From positions 17,174,001-17,238,000 of the forward strand of contig CM120640.1 of assembly GCA_051362555.1 (NCBI GenBank): a DNA stretch of 64,000 nucleotides, written 5' to 3'. The notes beneath the pieces are model-generated. The model was not told the DNA's origin and made no database searches. It was given only the letters and a program-made list of their open reading frames with translations. The position numbers and the translations under genes are program-made. The first letter of the stretch is position 1; the number at the start of each line of letters is the position of its first letter. Positions 10,936 to 24,392 of this stretch are shown in pieces. The DNA comes from Lingula anatina. Lineage: Eukaryota; Animalia; Brachiopoda.

Positions 10936-13900
10936 CTAGCTGGAACTTGGTACCTCACACAAAGCCATAGAATGCCCAGCCCCAGCTCCAACCAATACTG
11001 TCCTGAACGTATCCAGTGTTTTGACTGTTTGAGGAGTCATTACATTGATTTCATCCCCTGTGCCACATATCCCATGCTCATTCCAACCCCAGGTGAGAAC
11101 TTTGCTGTCAGCTAGTAATGGATTAAGGATTGATCACTTGATATCTATTATATATGTAGTTCAAATATGAAGTGGAAGTTTCAAATAACAAAAATAAACA
11201 GATTAAGTTTTATGATAATCTGAAATGTCATAATTATTCAAACCTCACAGAAAAAATTCATAACTATGAAAGCCTAAGTGTAAATAATATTAAAATGTAA
11301 TGACAGGAATAAAAATCATTGATAATAATAAAAATAGAGAATTCTTTAAGACTTCTAAAAGATGAATTATTTTTATTACCTGTAATTGCTAGGCTGTGCT
11401 CTGATCCACAACATAACTGAGATACCTGTGGAATGGACTCAATGGGTGTTGGGGTGAAATCACACAACTGACCACTCTGGACTGGTCTTCCTAACTGCCC
11501 ATAGTCAGCCCTACCCCAACTGAACACCTGGCCATCATCTGAAACCCAGTGAAACTGATCTGAGGAATAATGTTCAAACTATTAAATTCAAACAAATTTT
11601 TAAAGTAGGGATGGGTTGAAACAGTCACACAACATAAAATACACTAATGAAAATAAAACATGTGCTTATGTTATCAAACAGCAGGTTAAAAATTGCAACT
11701 GATTTTTCTATTTTTATGATCCTAAGGAAGGATATTTACCAAATACAGTATCATATACCTGTGACTGCAAGGAGATGTGTCCACCCACTGTAGACTTGAC
11801 ACACTTTTTTATTTCTAAAAACTTTCTGTGACACACAATGGGGTCTGTTCACCTGTGGCTGGGTACGTGGATCTAGTGCACATTGGCCATATTTATTGCA
11901 ACCCCATACAAACACCTGGCCCTGATCTGGATAAAGTAAAATTAAAAATTAAACCTTCAAATATCTTACATGCTCATGATCTATTACTTATTATTTTGTA
12001 AGCAGTGTTTATGTTTTTAAGCACTTCAAACTTCTTGACAAAAAATTATCAATAACTTTGTTCACAGTTCCAAGGATTTCTATTTACTAATGTTTTTGTT
12101 TTAATTTGAAACACGTGTAATTTAATAAAAACTAATTATTTTAAGATTACCTGACAAACATGCTGTGTGATGTGACCCTGCTACTACTTGTGTTGCAGTC
12201 ATAGGACCACTTGGGAATGCCACTAAAATTTATATACAAAATTTAGTTATAAGACTAAAAGTTATAAACAAAATGTTGTAAAATACTTTCAAGAGATAAA
12301 AAATAACAGAAAATAAATTAATCCAAAAGAAAATCCTGTTGATTGCATACAAAGTGTCTTAAAATGATTTCAAGAGATCAAAAATAACAGATATGAATGT
12401 ATTAAAACAAAAGAAAAATTTTATGGAAATATTGCTAGCACAAATAACTTACCTTCATTTGGGGTGGTCACAATTTTTGGGGGAACATCATTAACCAGTA
12501 CACCTTGTTGTCCCTTTTTCCCACTTCCCATTGTTAAAACATTGCCTTTCTCTACATTCAAGAAGATGAAGATTGAAAATGTTCTTTTTTTGTATAACTT
12601 TATAACTATACCATGATACTGACAATTCATATCTTCGAAACATTAAAATGTAAAAATGCTAATGTCAAACAGAAAGATAAAAATATGATCATGTTTTACA
12701 TATTCTGCCTACCTGTCAGAAGCACTGAATGTCTCAAACCAGTAGAGAGATCTTTGACTAGGCAATTCAAATTTACTGGTGTCTGGAAAAAAATTGATTG
12801 TGTCAGTTGAGATTTCATAATGCCTCAATTACAGTAATAATACTAGCTTTAAAAACACAAATGTATAGTATTAATATTGTGCTTCATATCAAAAGTTGGC
12901 AGTAAGCAAATGTGATTGAAATAAGTTTAGAAATACATTTGCAGTATATGGGTAGATCAATATTAAATCTAATCTATATAATGAAGTTAACTTCATGCTT
13001 ACAAGAGCAACAACACACTACTGTATGAATACCTTAACAGTTAATCAACTCACTGGGCTTGAGACATAAGATTGCACAGGGGTCAAACCAAGCTGACCAA
13101 ACATGTTAGAACCACATGCATACAGTTTTTTTTCATCTGGAAACAAAACAAAAAAGGACTTAAAAATAAATATCTGGCATTCAACATGTAATGTAAGAAA
13201 ATCTTAAAACCAACAAATTAACACAGCCAAATTTACCTAAAAATATACACTTATTATTTTTACATAACGTTATAAAATGGTGTAAGAATATTACATCAAA
13301 TAAAAATCCATAGAGAAAGGAAAAAGGTTTCCCACTAATGTTACATTAAGGAAGTCTTTCTGAGAGTTTTAATTATTCTAAGACAGCTAGTTTCTCCTCC
13401 TCTAATAAAAAATCATTGCATACTTGATAACACCAAGGTGAAGTCCCATCCTCCTTTGGCACAAACAGTGAGTTCCTTTTCCAGTGCCTTCACTATCTGT
13501 GGCCTGAACATTTCTTCTGTATGTTGCAAACCAAGCTGACCCTTATTATTATTGCCACATGTAAATAACTGACCACTATCTGAAACATGTAATACTGTAG
13601 TAGTAAACAATTGTCATACTTAGAAGAATCCTAAAGAACTTCAAAAATTTAGTGACAAATTCTGTCCTTATGTACACAACATATCTATCCCACTTCCTCC
13701 TATAACACAGTTCAAAATTGTTTATTTATCCCTTACCTGTAAGTAATAATGTATGTCCTCCTCCACCTGTGGCATGTCTCAAAGGTATGTTGAAGTCCTC
13801 TGTTGTTTTTGGCAACATTTGGTCTTCTGTATGTCCTAACGCAAGTTGACGATAACTGTTGGCACCCTAAAATTTCATTTTAAAAGAAAATTTAATAAAT

Positions 13901-14654
13901 TAAATTAAATACAATAAATTAAATACCAAGATTAAAAGGTTTCACTCTGGCTAACTGTGGGGTCATTTCTAAAATTATAGTGTTTTTGGTTTTAGTTGAA
14001 AAGAGAATTAATGGATTTTAGATTTTAATCAATTCACAAAATTCACTTTGTCAAAGGGAATTTTTAACAAACATCAGACAAGGGCGTACCTTTTCAAAGC
14101 GCTCAATCAAGTTAAGATCAAAAGGGGCTTCCCAATTATTAATAAACATTGCATTCAGGATTATTTAAAAGGGGGGGGGGTAGCACGGATGCGAAGCTGA
14201 CCCTCTCACCCCCCTCCCCAGCTCCTTTGCGGGGGGTTCGGGGCCCATGCAGTGCATGAAGGCCCCAAAAATGTTGGGTATTTTAGAGGGTGAATGGGGC
14301 CATTTGGAACTATAATTCAGTTAGTGAAAAGTCTAAATTCAAGAAGGGACCGTTGGTGTTATTTTTTCAAAAATCGAAGGGGGTGTTAGGGCCACCTTGA
14401 CCCCCCCTCCCTAAATCGGCCGCTGGCATTTGTGATTATAATGTAGGTCACAGCTTTTGACGACACAGAATGACACAATGCAAGCAGGTGTTTGTACCTT
14501 ACCTTCTACAGAATAAAATTGCAGAAAGCACATAACTAAAAGATTTCTTTTTAATTCTATTGGTTTTGCAAGGTTATAACGACTTGCAATAAGGACGATT
14601 TAATCTTAAAAATTCACAAACCCATGCAAAAAACTTCCTGCAGGGGGCTTCCAT
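10936..14654 (-). CDS. SERGEF: Secretion-regulating guanine nucleotide exchange factor (DelGEF), RCC1-repeat protein, ~381 aa
   Basis: 10 exons: 14654-14622, 13866-13737, 13579-13424, 13136-13054, 12782-12713, 12551-12453, 12222-12151, 11926-11759, 11538-11380, 11111-10936 (1146 nt, phases consistent). FAW|GANSYRQLALG, GGGGHT, GWDFT, SGWTH, WGRADYGQLG, WGWNEHGICG and GAGAGHS are SERGEF-type RCC1 repeats. Confidence 0.9.
14153..14426. mobile_element. GC-rich MITE-like remnant in SERGEF intron 1
   Basis: G/C-run-rich block in an AT-rich intron, ending CCCTAAATCGGCCGCTG and starting CAGGATT..GGGGG, like common small non-autonomous DNA elements. The left end is degraded. Confidence 0.45.
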
Positions 14655-15075
14655 TTTGAAGTGCCCCGTATGTAGGTTAGAGATATGATCTCACGTGACC
14701 AAAATCTGTTCTCTGATTGGTGAACAGGTGCCAGCACGCGATTGGGCTTTTATCTCCTTTGAACAATTCGCCCCAAAAAAGAAGTAGAATTATATGAAAA
14801 AGAGAATAACTTATCAATTTTTTAAGACAATAAGTTTGAAAATTTAGATTTAATGAATACACATTCAAATGCGTGTAACATTTTTTATTCTCAAAATATT
14901 GCTTTTTTTACAATACATGCAAATTATTGACATTATCATGCGAGGGAGGGAGCGCGCTAGACAGAAGTGCACCAATAGAGGTGAAGCTTGTGCTCTGGAT
15001 GGCTCATGATTCGCCGTCCATTTCAGATTGATTTCCATAGCCAATCAACTCGGGTTCGTCCGGATTTCACCCAAT
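14655..15075. promoter_or_regulatory. Bidirectional SERGEF/NFYA promoter and NFYA non-coding first exon
   Basis: ATTGG at 14716 and 14741; CCAAT at 14972, 15041 and 15071; E-box TCACGTGA at 14691-14698; strong donor GTAAGT at 15076. Confidence 0.65.
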
Positions 15076-15680
15076 GTAAGTGCTCCTTATTCTTATGTTC
15101 TTGTTGACAGTTGTAGACGCACGTGTTGAAACAAAATATAAACAGGAAATGAGCCCAAAACCGGACGATTACTTTATTAGCCAAAAAAGACAATGTTTAT
15201 GTATATTGTAGTAGACCTTTGTGTATCGGGTTACAATTTACGTCTAGATCATTAACATACAGAATCACACATCACGTTGTTAAGGTGTACACTAAATCAG
15301 TGCAGTACGTTGATATGTTTTGGATCTAGTCTAGTTTTTTTTGGCGTAATTAAGCATTAGATGCATGAAAATTTGAGAGCAATGATGTTAACAAGAACTG
15401 TGTTATGCTTTGGACTGACAAGTTCTTGCACCTGTACCTCTTGCATTGTTATCTGTATGTCATGCACAAATATTTCGACATGTACAAAAATTCTGTTTTT
15501 GTTAAACAACCAAGGCACTGCATATTTTAGCATGTTACTTATGACTGGTAGATGGTTCCAAAATATGTAGAAAAATACAATGTTTCGTGTTGACATCACA
15601 GAAAAATTACAGCTGGGCATGTAATTTTATGACATTCTTTGTGTGAGGTCATATTTATTATTTTACAGTAAGGCATTGAG

Positions 15681-18600
15681 ATGGAGCAATTTCAAGTGAC
15701 CACAGCATCTGATGGTCAGCAGCAGCCCTCACAAGTTATCATGCAGCCTTCACAGGTCCAAGGCTTGCAAACACAGGGACAGGTATAGGAATAACTGTAT
15801 TAAATACAAATAATCAGTATAAAATATTTCAATAAGTATCAAGGAAAAAAGATCCATATATATGTATCAAACAAATTGAAAGTTTGGAAGTGTTTGTCCT
15901 GTTGCATTCATTGAGGTTAATCAGTGTTGTTAAAGCTTCTGCTATGTCCATGCAATAATTAAAATTCTAATATAAACTTAATTTTAAATGTTGGGAATTA
16001 ATAAAAAGGTATATAATGTCAATGTCTATTTTATTTAGTTGGTACAGATAAATCAAGGCCAACTAATGTCTGGCCAGCAGATTATCACCATGCCCCAGGG
16101 ACAGACTCTGCAACTAGCTGGACAGCAGGGATTTCAGCAGGTTAGGAAAAAAAATTCATTTATGTACAAATACCCCTTCAAAGTATGTTACCATTAAATT
16201 TTGTCGTGAACCAAGTCGTGTACAGTTTTGATTTGAAACAGTAACTAAAAAACAACCCACCAATTATTATCTACAGATTACAAACTGTACATGACTATTC
16301 CAAACCAGTACAAGTGTTTTGAAACATAGTTGATGTTGCATACCCTTTAATTTGTAAAGTGGTCAATTTCTCTTTAGTGCATGCAAAATGCAGCTGCAAT
16401 TTATGTTGATAAAATTCAATAAATGTAGATGTAAATGTATAATTTGTAAAGCTCCAAATTAAAAGTGTAAATGATGGCAGTGTCAGCCATAATATATTGG
16501 CTAGAATGTTGTCATGTGTCAGCAAGCATGGTAATGGGAATGCTGTAGAACACTGCTTACATTTACTCCATACATGTTATTTACAGAATTATTTTTTGCC
16601 AACAATGCTCCTTTGTTTCATGCATATCAATGTTCCTAAGTGTATATTGTTTGTTTATAAATTGCAATCCATAACAAACATTCACACTAAAATTAATATT
16701 CAGCAGAGAACAATAGAATAACAATGCATTTAAGAGGTTTTCCATGACTTAATAATGCACATTTATATAAAGTTCAGTTTGACCAATTTCTGCCAATCTA
16801 AACAAATTTGTGTTAAATAAAAGCAGAAGAGAGCAAACATTCTGGCCTAGCTAGCTTGATTATTCCACAAATCATTGTTGCTGGAAATTCACAGACCACG
16901 TCAATATTTATTAGCATGGAAAGTCTTTTCACCTGTGAAGATGGGCTATTTGTGAGTGACATCACTTTCCAGTTTATCAGCCCCAACCCCTGTAACATCT
17001 TTTCAACACCTAGGACATTGCAGGACACTGACACAATTGACTGGAAAGTGACGCCACATGCATATTGCCTTAATATTCAGGGATCATGTTAGTATTATAG
17101 CAATTTTATAACATTCTATATCATCTTTAAGGTGCACAGTGTAGGATTTTCTTGACACTTGCCATATTTCTGTTATAATCAGGGAGAATTAAATTCCTCA
17201 ACCCATGCTTAAAGTAATTGTTTTAAAGTTTTGCCATTCTCACTAGCTCAGTTCTCATGCTAACTTCTGGATTCTGCACAATTTAAAACTTGGCAAGATG
17301 GTTGACCATGGTGAGGTTCTTTGGAGTGGTTAAATTTGATTATTCTATACAAGATTTATCAAAGAAATATCTCTCCAAATATGAACAAAAAGTATAACTT
17401 GGCCTCAGATATGTTCATCAAGAAATTGTTTATGTACTTAGGGAGTGTTTAAAATCCTACACTTTGTTACTTTAAGCAAAACCATGTTGCTTAAAGGAAT
17501 AATAACTCTTCGTATGAGATCTATATTTCACAATAAAAACATTGTGAATAACTCATAGAAATATGATATATTCTGTTTTACCACAAAAATGGCAGTTATA
17601 GCTATTATTCTGATATCTGAGCTTGTCTTTAGACCACGTATCCTCCATTGATGGCTATACAAATGGCTATAACAAAAAACCAAACTTTTTAGAAAAAAAA
17701 CAGGGACTACCTTTGAATGTAAAAATGGATTCATTAACCATTGGTTAGTATGGGAAAATTGTTGGTTACTCCAGGAAAATTCATTTTTTGGCCGAAACAA
17801 AGAGTTATTATCCCTATTATTTCATAGGCCAGCATGAACCTACACATGAGTAAGCTGCTGAAGATATGACTTCATTGTTAACTAGCAGAGTATTTGCAAC
17901 GGTAATTAATATCTTACAGACACAACCTTTACAGTTTCAAGTTGGACAGCACCAACAACAACAGCAGCAAAATCAATCGCAGCAGGTAAACCTTATGAAG
18001 AGTTTGACTATATTAGAAGTGGACATATGAAACCAAATTGTGATTGATTTGTGTTTTTAGAATCCATGCCCATGGAAATTGGGAGTACAAGGATGGTTGG
18101 CTTTTTATATGATCAAAATATTTTAGTAGCTTTGCTTCATTGCCTTGCTATGTGCTTTTATAGCAGATGCTTCTCTAGTAAAATGTGTGCAGTGGTGCCA
18201 AAATGCAGATGCACAGAAACTTAATCATATTCCATACATTTCAGATTCAGGTTCTACAGGTTGGGCAACAGTTGACTAATTCACAAGGACAACAGGTGAG
18301 TTTACTCTGATAAAATGTTGTTCATGTCAGATGAAAACACGGATATCATGGCTTAAGTAGAAAAAAGTAAATTTAAATTGGGAAATACATACACAGGTCT
18401 TGATTTTGATAAGTCAAGCAAATGAGATAAGGTCTTCGTCATTAACAGTCTAAAATTGCCTTGTTCAGCAGTAGTACTATTCTTTAAAATTCTAGATAAT
18501 CATTCAACAACCCCAGGGCCAGGGTCAGCAGGCAGTGACTGGGCAGATTATCCAGATTGGGGACAGTCAGGCCATCATCTACCAGCCTGCAGGGGGAGGG

Positions 18601-20275
18601 GACAATGTGGCTCAGATGTTACAAATACAGCAACCTAACCAGCAAGGTACAGCTGTTAGAGTGAATGGGGGATATGTATACATACACACATGCACACACA
18701 CACAAAAGCACAACCATTGAATATTGAAAAACAAAGTACTATTTATTTTCACTATAAGCCTGGTAATATGGTATTTCTGGCTACTGAATGCAGTATTTGC
18801 TGTGGTGACATAAGCAAACTTTTACTGCAATCAGTGCACAGTATGGTGTGTGTGTCTATATCTTAACAATTTAAGCGTTAACTATGTTGGAACATATAAT
18901 TCATCACTGCCAACCATATTTCATTGTAGCAGGTCAGGTTATCCAGATTCCTACCAGTCTAGCCACCCAGACAGCCCAGGCCTCCACTGCCAGTAGTATG
19001 CCCACCACTATCACTATTCCTGGCACAGGGGGGCAGGGACAGGTTATCATGGTGAGGCTGCTTTGGGTCTTCCCATATGTTTGACGAACTTAAAATCCAT
19101 GTTTCAGTAGTGTTTTGGTCATTTTGAATGGTTTTGACTTGTAAGGATATGTTTAGTTTGTTAGTTTTTGTTCACTGATAATGTAAAATATTTCTAGGGA
19201 AGAGAAAATTACCACACAATGTAAAATTAGTGATAGCTTTGCTTCACATGCTAAATGGTGAAACCATTTTTGATTTAAATCTGCTATGCAAGTTTATTTA
19301 CTCTCATAAGGGCATTTTACTTAGCAAAATATTCATGTTTATAGACATATCTCACTTGTTACAGATGGTCCCAACCAACACAACATCCACAGCCTCTGGA
19401 GGTGGAGCTGCCATGCAGAGGTTGCCCCTCCCTGGTCAGGAGGTTATGGAGGAGGAGCCATTGTACGTGAATGCCAAGCAATATCACAGGATACTCAAAC
19501 GGCGGCAAGCCAGGGCTAAATTGGAGGCAGAGGGAAAAATACCAAAGGAGAGGAAAGTAAGTTGTTTGGTCAGTCCTTGAAATATTCCTGTATCTTGATG
19601 TCATGTAAATGATGTTGATAGTTTACCATGACAGTTTGTCAGCCTTTAGTTTTACATAATATAATTTACATATATAATTGTACACAGAATTCAGGAGATG
19701 AGTTGAAAACTAAATGAATAGTCATATAATATTTTCTTGGTTTTTACAGAAATATCTTCATGAAAGTCGTCATAAGCATGCAATGAATAGATCTCGTGGG
19801 GAAGGCGGTCGCTTCTATTCTCCTGGAGAGAGAAAACAACGAGAAGAACAAAGAAGGGAAGAGCAAAGGAGGAAAGATAATAATCATCAAAATATTTTAG
19901 ACTCATCACTAACAGTAAGTGCATCTGTGCTAGTAAGTGCATTTGTGCTTTTAATGATGGAAGAATTAAGGACATTTTCTTACCTTATACTATTGAGACA
20001 TATTCAAGAAGGGTTATATATGAAGGACCTCTTTTGTTGTTTTAACATATTTGTCAAGATCATCACCTCAAGATATGGTCATTGACCTTTATGTCTTCAT
20101 TTTATTTCTGTCATGAATATGATATTAACATCAGTCAAATAACACAATTTTGTTTTATTTTCAGAATGCATCCTTTCATGAACTATTGCGGAATACAAAC
20201 TCTGCTCCTCTAATACTACATGCTGATGGCACAGATTCAACAGCAGATAATGCAGTTACAGAAGTCAACAGCTAA
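15681..20275 (+). CDS. NFYA: Nuclear transcription factor Y subunit alpha, ~353 aa
   Basis: Coding exons 15681-15782, 16039-16140, 17920-17985, 18245-18295, 18496-18646, 18930(or 18933)-19051, 19365-19556, 19750-19914, 20165-20275. MEQ start, Q-rich activation domain, and HAP2 domain [47 protein letters not shown]. Confidence 0.95.
17127..17475. mobile_element. TTAA-flanked MITE (Kolobok/piggyBac-type target)
   Basis: Left end TTAAGGTGCACAGTGTAGGATTTT is an imperfect inverted repeat of right end AAAATCCTACACTTTGTTACTTTAA. Confidence 0.65.
17495..17815 (+). mobile_element. MITE family X copy 1 (TTAA-type, ~320 bp)
   Basis: TIRs AGGAATAATAACTCTT / AAGAGTTATTATCCCT. Internal GGATTCATTAACCATTGG..GGGAAAAT..CCAGGAAAA is shared with copies at 51673 and 61201. 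Confidence 0.8.
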
Positions 20276-21833
20276 AGCAGCATATTAGAGGTCCTCAGCT
20301 AAATAAAACAATTTAAAAGGGAATTTACTTTTTAAAAGTTAATTGCCCTGTTCCATGATCAGAATGGTCAGTCTTTCATTATTCCTTGGTGCTCTTTTTC
20401 AACACCTTAATTGCGTTTGATTTTTCTTTTCCTAGTTTTCTTGGAATATTTAAGAATCATTTTCTAAATGTCAAACATAATAAGAGGTGAAGCACAAAAG
20501 AATCTTTAAAATGAAAAATGACTTTTTACAAAGCATATGCACATTTTTGTACTTGGCTTTATTCTGTTGTATGTTAATACCTTAAGTAGAGAATTTGAAT
20601 ATAGGTGCCTTGTGGTTTAAATGATCAGTCCTGTCTCAGTGTTTGACAATCAAACATTTAGAAATATACCATTTGATTAGTGGTTGTATAGAATGTACTT
20701 GGTACAACTTGGAACAACTTGGGTTATTCTCTTGTAAATTGATTCTATGAAGAAAGTTTTGACTTTAGTTGTATGACTTAATTACACTCCTTTGTTGTAT
20801 TTATCTGATATAATTAAAAGATTATAATGCTAAGACACTAAGTTGAACTTGGCAAAAATTTTACTCTCACAAAAAGATAACACACAAATAATACTTTCAT
20901 ACAAGCAATTCTTCACTCCATAAAAAAAAACTGCTTGTCCTTCAGCTAAAGGAAAATGAGAATTTCAAGTTAAAAAGTTATGTGCACGTTGTGCATGTGC
21001 CTAAATATCACAAAGTACTTGTAGCCAAATATGCAGTGAGTCTGTCTTCTTATATTGTATACTGTATATTATGCACATTTGTACATATTGATCATCATTA
21101 TTTTATACTTGTATCAAAATTAGACTCTCATGAAAATACCGGGTAGTTAACACTGTATTTGTAACAAAATGTGCTGTTTGTATATATACAAATATCTGTA
21201 TATAAGTTAGTAGGATGTGTTGTGAAACTAATAATCATTGCTTATAGTGACTGGAATTCAAAGGTTTTAAGACCATGTGCCACTTAGTGAAACTAATATC
21301 TTAACAGATACAGTGCTTTGGCACCGCAGTTTTAATGGTAAAATTTTTACTGATGTATATAAAAATAAAAATGTTTTGCATGTATTGATAATCTGTGGTT
21401 CTTGCTCCGAGTTAACTTAATGATACGAGTGGAATAGTCTGCACTATTATTTGCTATTTCTTTTAATACTGTTATGCATTTTTTTTGGGGGGGGGGGGGG
21501 GGGGATGACACAACTTTTTCCACTCTAATTCATGCAAAAAATGTTTAGTGATAAAACAAGCCAAACTATTCTTCAAAGAAGCAAACAATAGCTAAATGGT
21601 TAACCCCTTTTAATTTGCATGAGAAATAGTGTAGTCTGATTCCAATTTCAAAATTCATGATTCAGTAATAAAATTATTGTATGGCTCCTCTTAACAAATA
21701 TAAAAGAGGAAAGAAATGTTTTGGGGTAATATCTTTAGCACGATCTTCTTTAAACCCTGAGAATGTCAAGTGATTTCCATGACTGGAAGGGGCAAGTTTT
21801 TTCATAACAGGCTTTCCGTCTTGTACCTGTAGG

Positions 21834-23999
21834 TCAAGGTATATCAGGAGGTTCCTCGTCAGACTCAAACTCTACTGTGTCATCCTTCACCCATTTTCCT
21901 GAACGGTCTCTCTTCCAACCAGATCTAAAGACAAAAGGAAGTAAAAGGAATTGACATGACTGTAAATCACTTAAATAATTTCTTAATACAGGTGGCTACA
22001 TAACCTGGATTAGACCTAGTTATTAACCCTCATTGCATTGTAAATTTTAAGAAGTGGTTTGATCATAAAGCAGTATGAAAGACAAATTGATACTTACTGA
22101 ACAGCTTGCAAATATCTTTCAGCCAAAATTTGTTTTTCTGTAGGTTCACCAGATTTCTTTGGTGTATTAAGGGAGGTGCTTGTTATTTTCTTCACTTTTG
22201 TCTTTTCAACTTTTTTTACTTCTGTGACATTTTTTGAACTAACAGGAATAAGTTTTGTCCTCCACGTATGCTGATGTTGTACATTATCAGTATCTGCCTG
22301 TATTTCTTTTGTTGATGTACAATAATCTGGATCCCTAGGATATGCGACCTGATTACATGGGTACTCACTTTCATAGAACACCTCAACATTATTAGTGGTC
22401 TTATCAAGTGACACTGGCCTTGCCTCTGAAAGTTGCTGTAGATTTCTACTTTTTGCGGGTGGTTCATTGTCCTTAACAGCCTGCTGTGAACTGTACAATG
22501 TTTCTACTGGGGTGGCATTTGTCCTTCTTTTACTTTTATAAGGTCTAAAATCTGTTGGAATAGAATCATGTTGTTGAAAATTTGCCAGTCTCTTCAAAAT
22601 CGATGTGCTTGATATATTCCTATCCAATTCAATTCTTGTGTCCTTGTCTTCTTGATTCCTTTTGACACATGGATTGTATGAGGCAGCTGACATCAAAGCA
22701 TTTCCACAGGAAGACTCCTGTAAACAGAAGTGAAGTGACATTATATGTTATGCAAACTCATAAAATCAGAATTTAAATGAAATTCCATCAATTTTTCATT
22801 CAAATATCTAAAGCACAATGTTTACATAGTGTAAAAAGTGACCGTGTTTCATATTTCTTATTTTATTTATTTTTTATTCAAAACTTCCTTTAATTATTAG
22901 TTTTAAAATATCTTATTCTTTTTACTGCACCAGCTTCTAAATTTGTTTCAATTTGAGTTGTTCATTCTCACATTTTTAATCCTTTGTGGTTGAGATGTCT
23001 GCTGTGCTGCAGACGTACCACTGTTTGATACCATTGGATGGATGTCTTCCTGTTTTACATTATCTGGATGTAGAATGTTGATGCATAGAGAGAATCAACT
23101 ATCATAATTTATTCTAAGAAACCTGAATGTCTTATTTTTGACACACTATCAATGCAGGCCAGTTTGATTTTTCTGATCAACATGCCAAAAGGTCCGTATA
23201 AAAGAAAGATATGTATAATAACACAGAAATTAAATTAAAAGCACTGAATAGGACATCATTTGGTAAAACACTATGAGCGTCACATATAAATAAATACTTG
23301 CTTGCTTTATGCTTCTTTCCTTGTCTGTGCACTGCAAGCACAGCAATTGTGTCAAATAATGGCCTGTGTGGACATATTGTGCAGGTAAACCTGGAAAACA
23401 ACAGGATGTAAGAGTATACAGTAAGATAGCACTGCAGGCCATATTCTTCAGCATTATACTATGCTGCTTTAACAACCTGTGATTAATTAAAAAGCAGACA
23501 TGTGCTATTCCATGTCCTTACTGTGTTATCCAAATAATAAAAACGCATTACCTTCCATCCCTTAGGAGCAGAGCCTCTTTCTCTGGGATGTCATAAGCAA
23601 ATAGTTCTTCTATTCTTCTTTTCTAAAACAGTTACACAATTTCAGTAATGCTGTCATTATCATATCATGATTGGGACTCAGCTGTAACAATTTTCTGCTA
23701 GAGTAAAATAATAACAATAATTACAATAATAATAATAATAATAATTTAAAAAACAAAAAGAAAAGAAAAACCCATGCTGTACATTTTACTAACTTAAACA
23801 CAGCCAAAGTGTCCGTTCAAATGATCTTTCAATTTCTTTTCGGAATAACATTAAGGCCATTTTTAGTTACTACGTACTTCTCTGAAAATCAGTTTTGACT
23901 GCTGACAGTGTTACATGCAATGTTAGTATTGTTACTAATTTGCCGTACCCTAATTTGTTGCAAGAGGCTGTGATCATCACCCTCTCTCTTAAATGACAT
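21834..23999 (-). CDS. SCNM1: Sodium channel modifier 1 (zinc-finger splicing factor), ~337 aa
   Basis: Exons 23999-23949, 23622-23552, 23390-23302, 23063-22972, 22717-22098, 21924-21834 (1014 nt). MSFKREGDD start, KRRIEELFAYDIP..DGRFTCTICPHRPLFDT..HRQGKKH zinc finger, and acidic C-terminus GWKRDRSGKWVKDDTVEFESDEEPP. Intron 3 needs a GC donor in this model. Confidence 0.9.
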
Positions 24000-24392
24000 G
24001 GTGAATGAGATAAGTGTTGCTAACCAATTTTCTTTTGAATGTTTTGCGTTAATCAACCCTTGGCAGCCACTGATAACAGTAAAAATAGAAATTATAAACC
24101 AGCGGAAACAAAAACACAGGGGGCAGACATATTGGAATTCCGCGAAGCGAAGTGAAGATAACCCAATGAGGTATCGGGTTACATCTGACCTTGGCCTTGC
24201 CAGCTTGGCAAGTCGGCCACGTTGACAGAATTTGATTGGACATTGTAATCACGTGGGTTATTTTAGCTTCTTTAATTGGACGTCTCTTGGTGTCCTATTC
24301 AAAAGGTCTTCTCGCGTGTAAGGTAGTAAAGAGGCGACAGCGTGCTGTCATTTGAAGGGATTCCCTGCTATTCAACTCATTTCAGGAATTCA
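24000..24392. promoter_or_regulatory. Bidirectional SCNM1/calumenin promoter and calumenin non-coding first exon
   Basis: CCAAT at 24163; ATTGG at 24235 and 24275; CCACGT at 24217; CACGTGG at 24250; donor GTAAGT at 24393. Confidence 0.6.

Noticed and set aside
11759-11926. Suspected frameshift in a SERGEF exon at the T/A homopolymers
   Set aside because: Careful translation keeps the frame (..QKVFRNKKVCQVYSGWTHLL), so this is not a pseudogene.
24217-24279. Canonical ERSE (CCAAT-N9-CCACG) or ERSE-II
   Set aside because: Both half-sites are present but spacing and orientation do not match.
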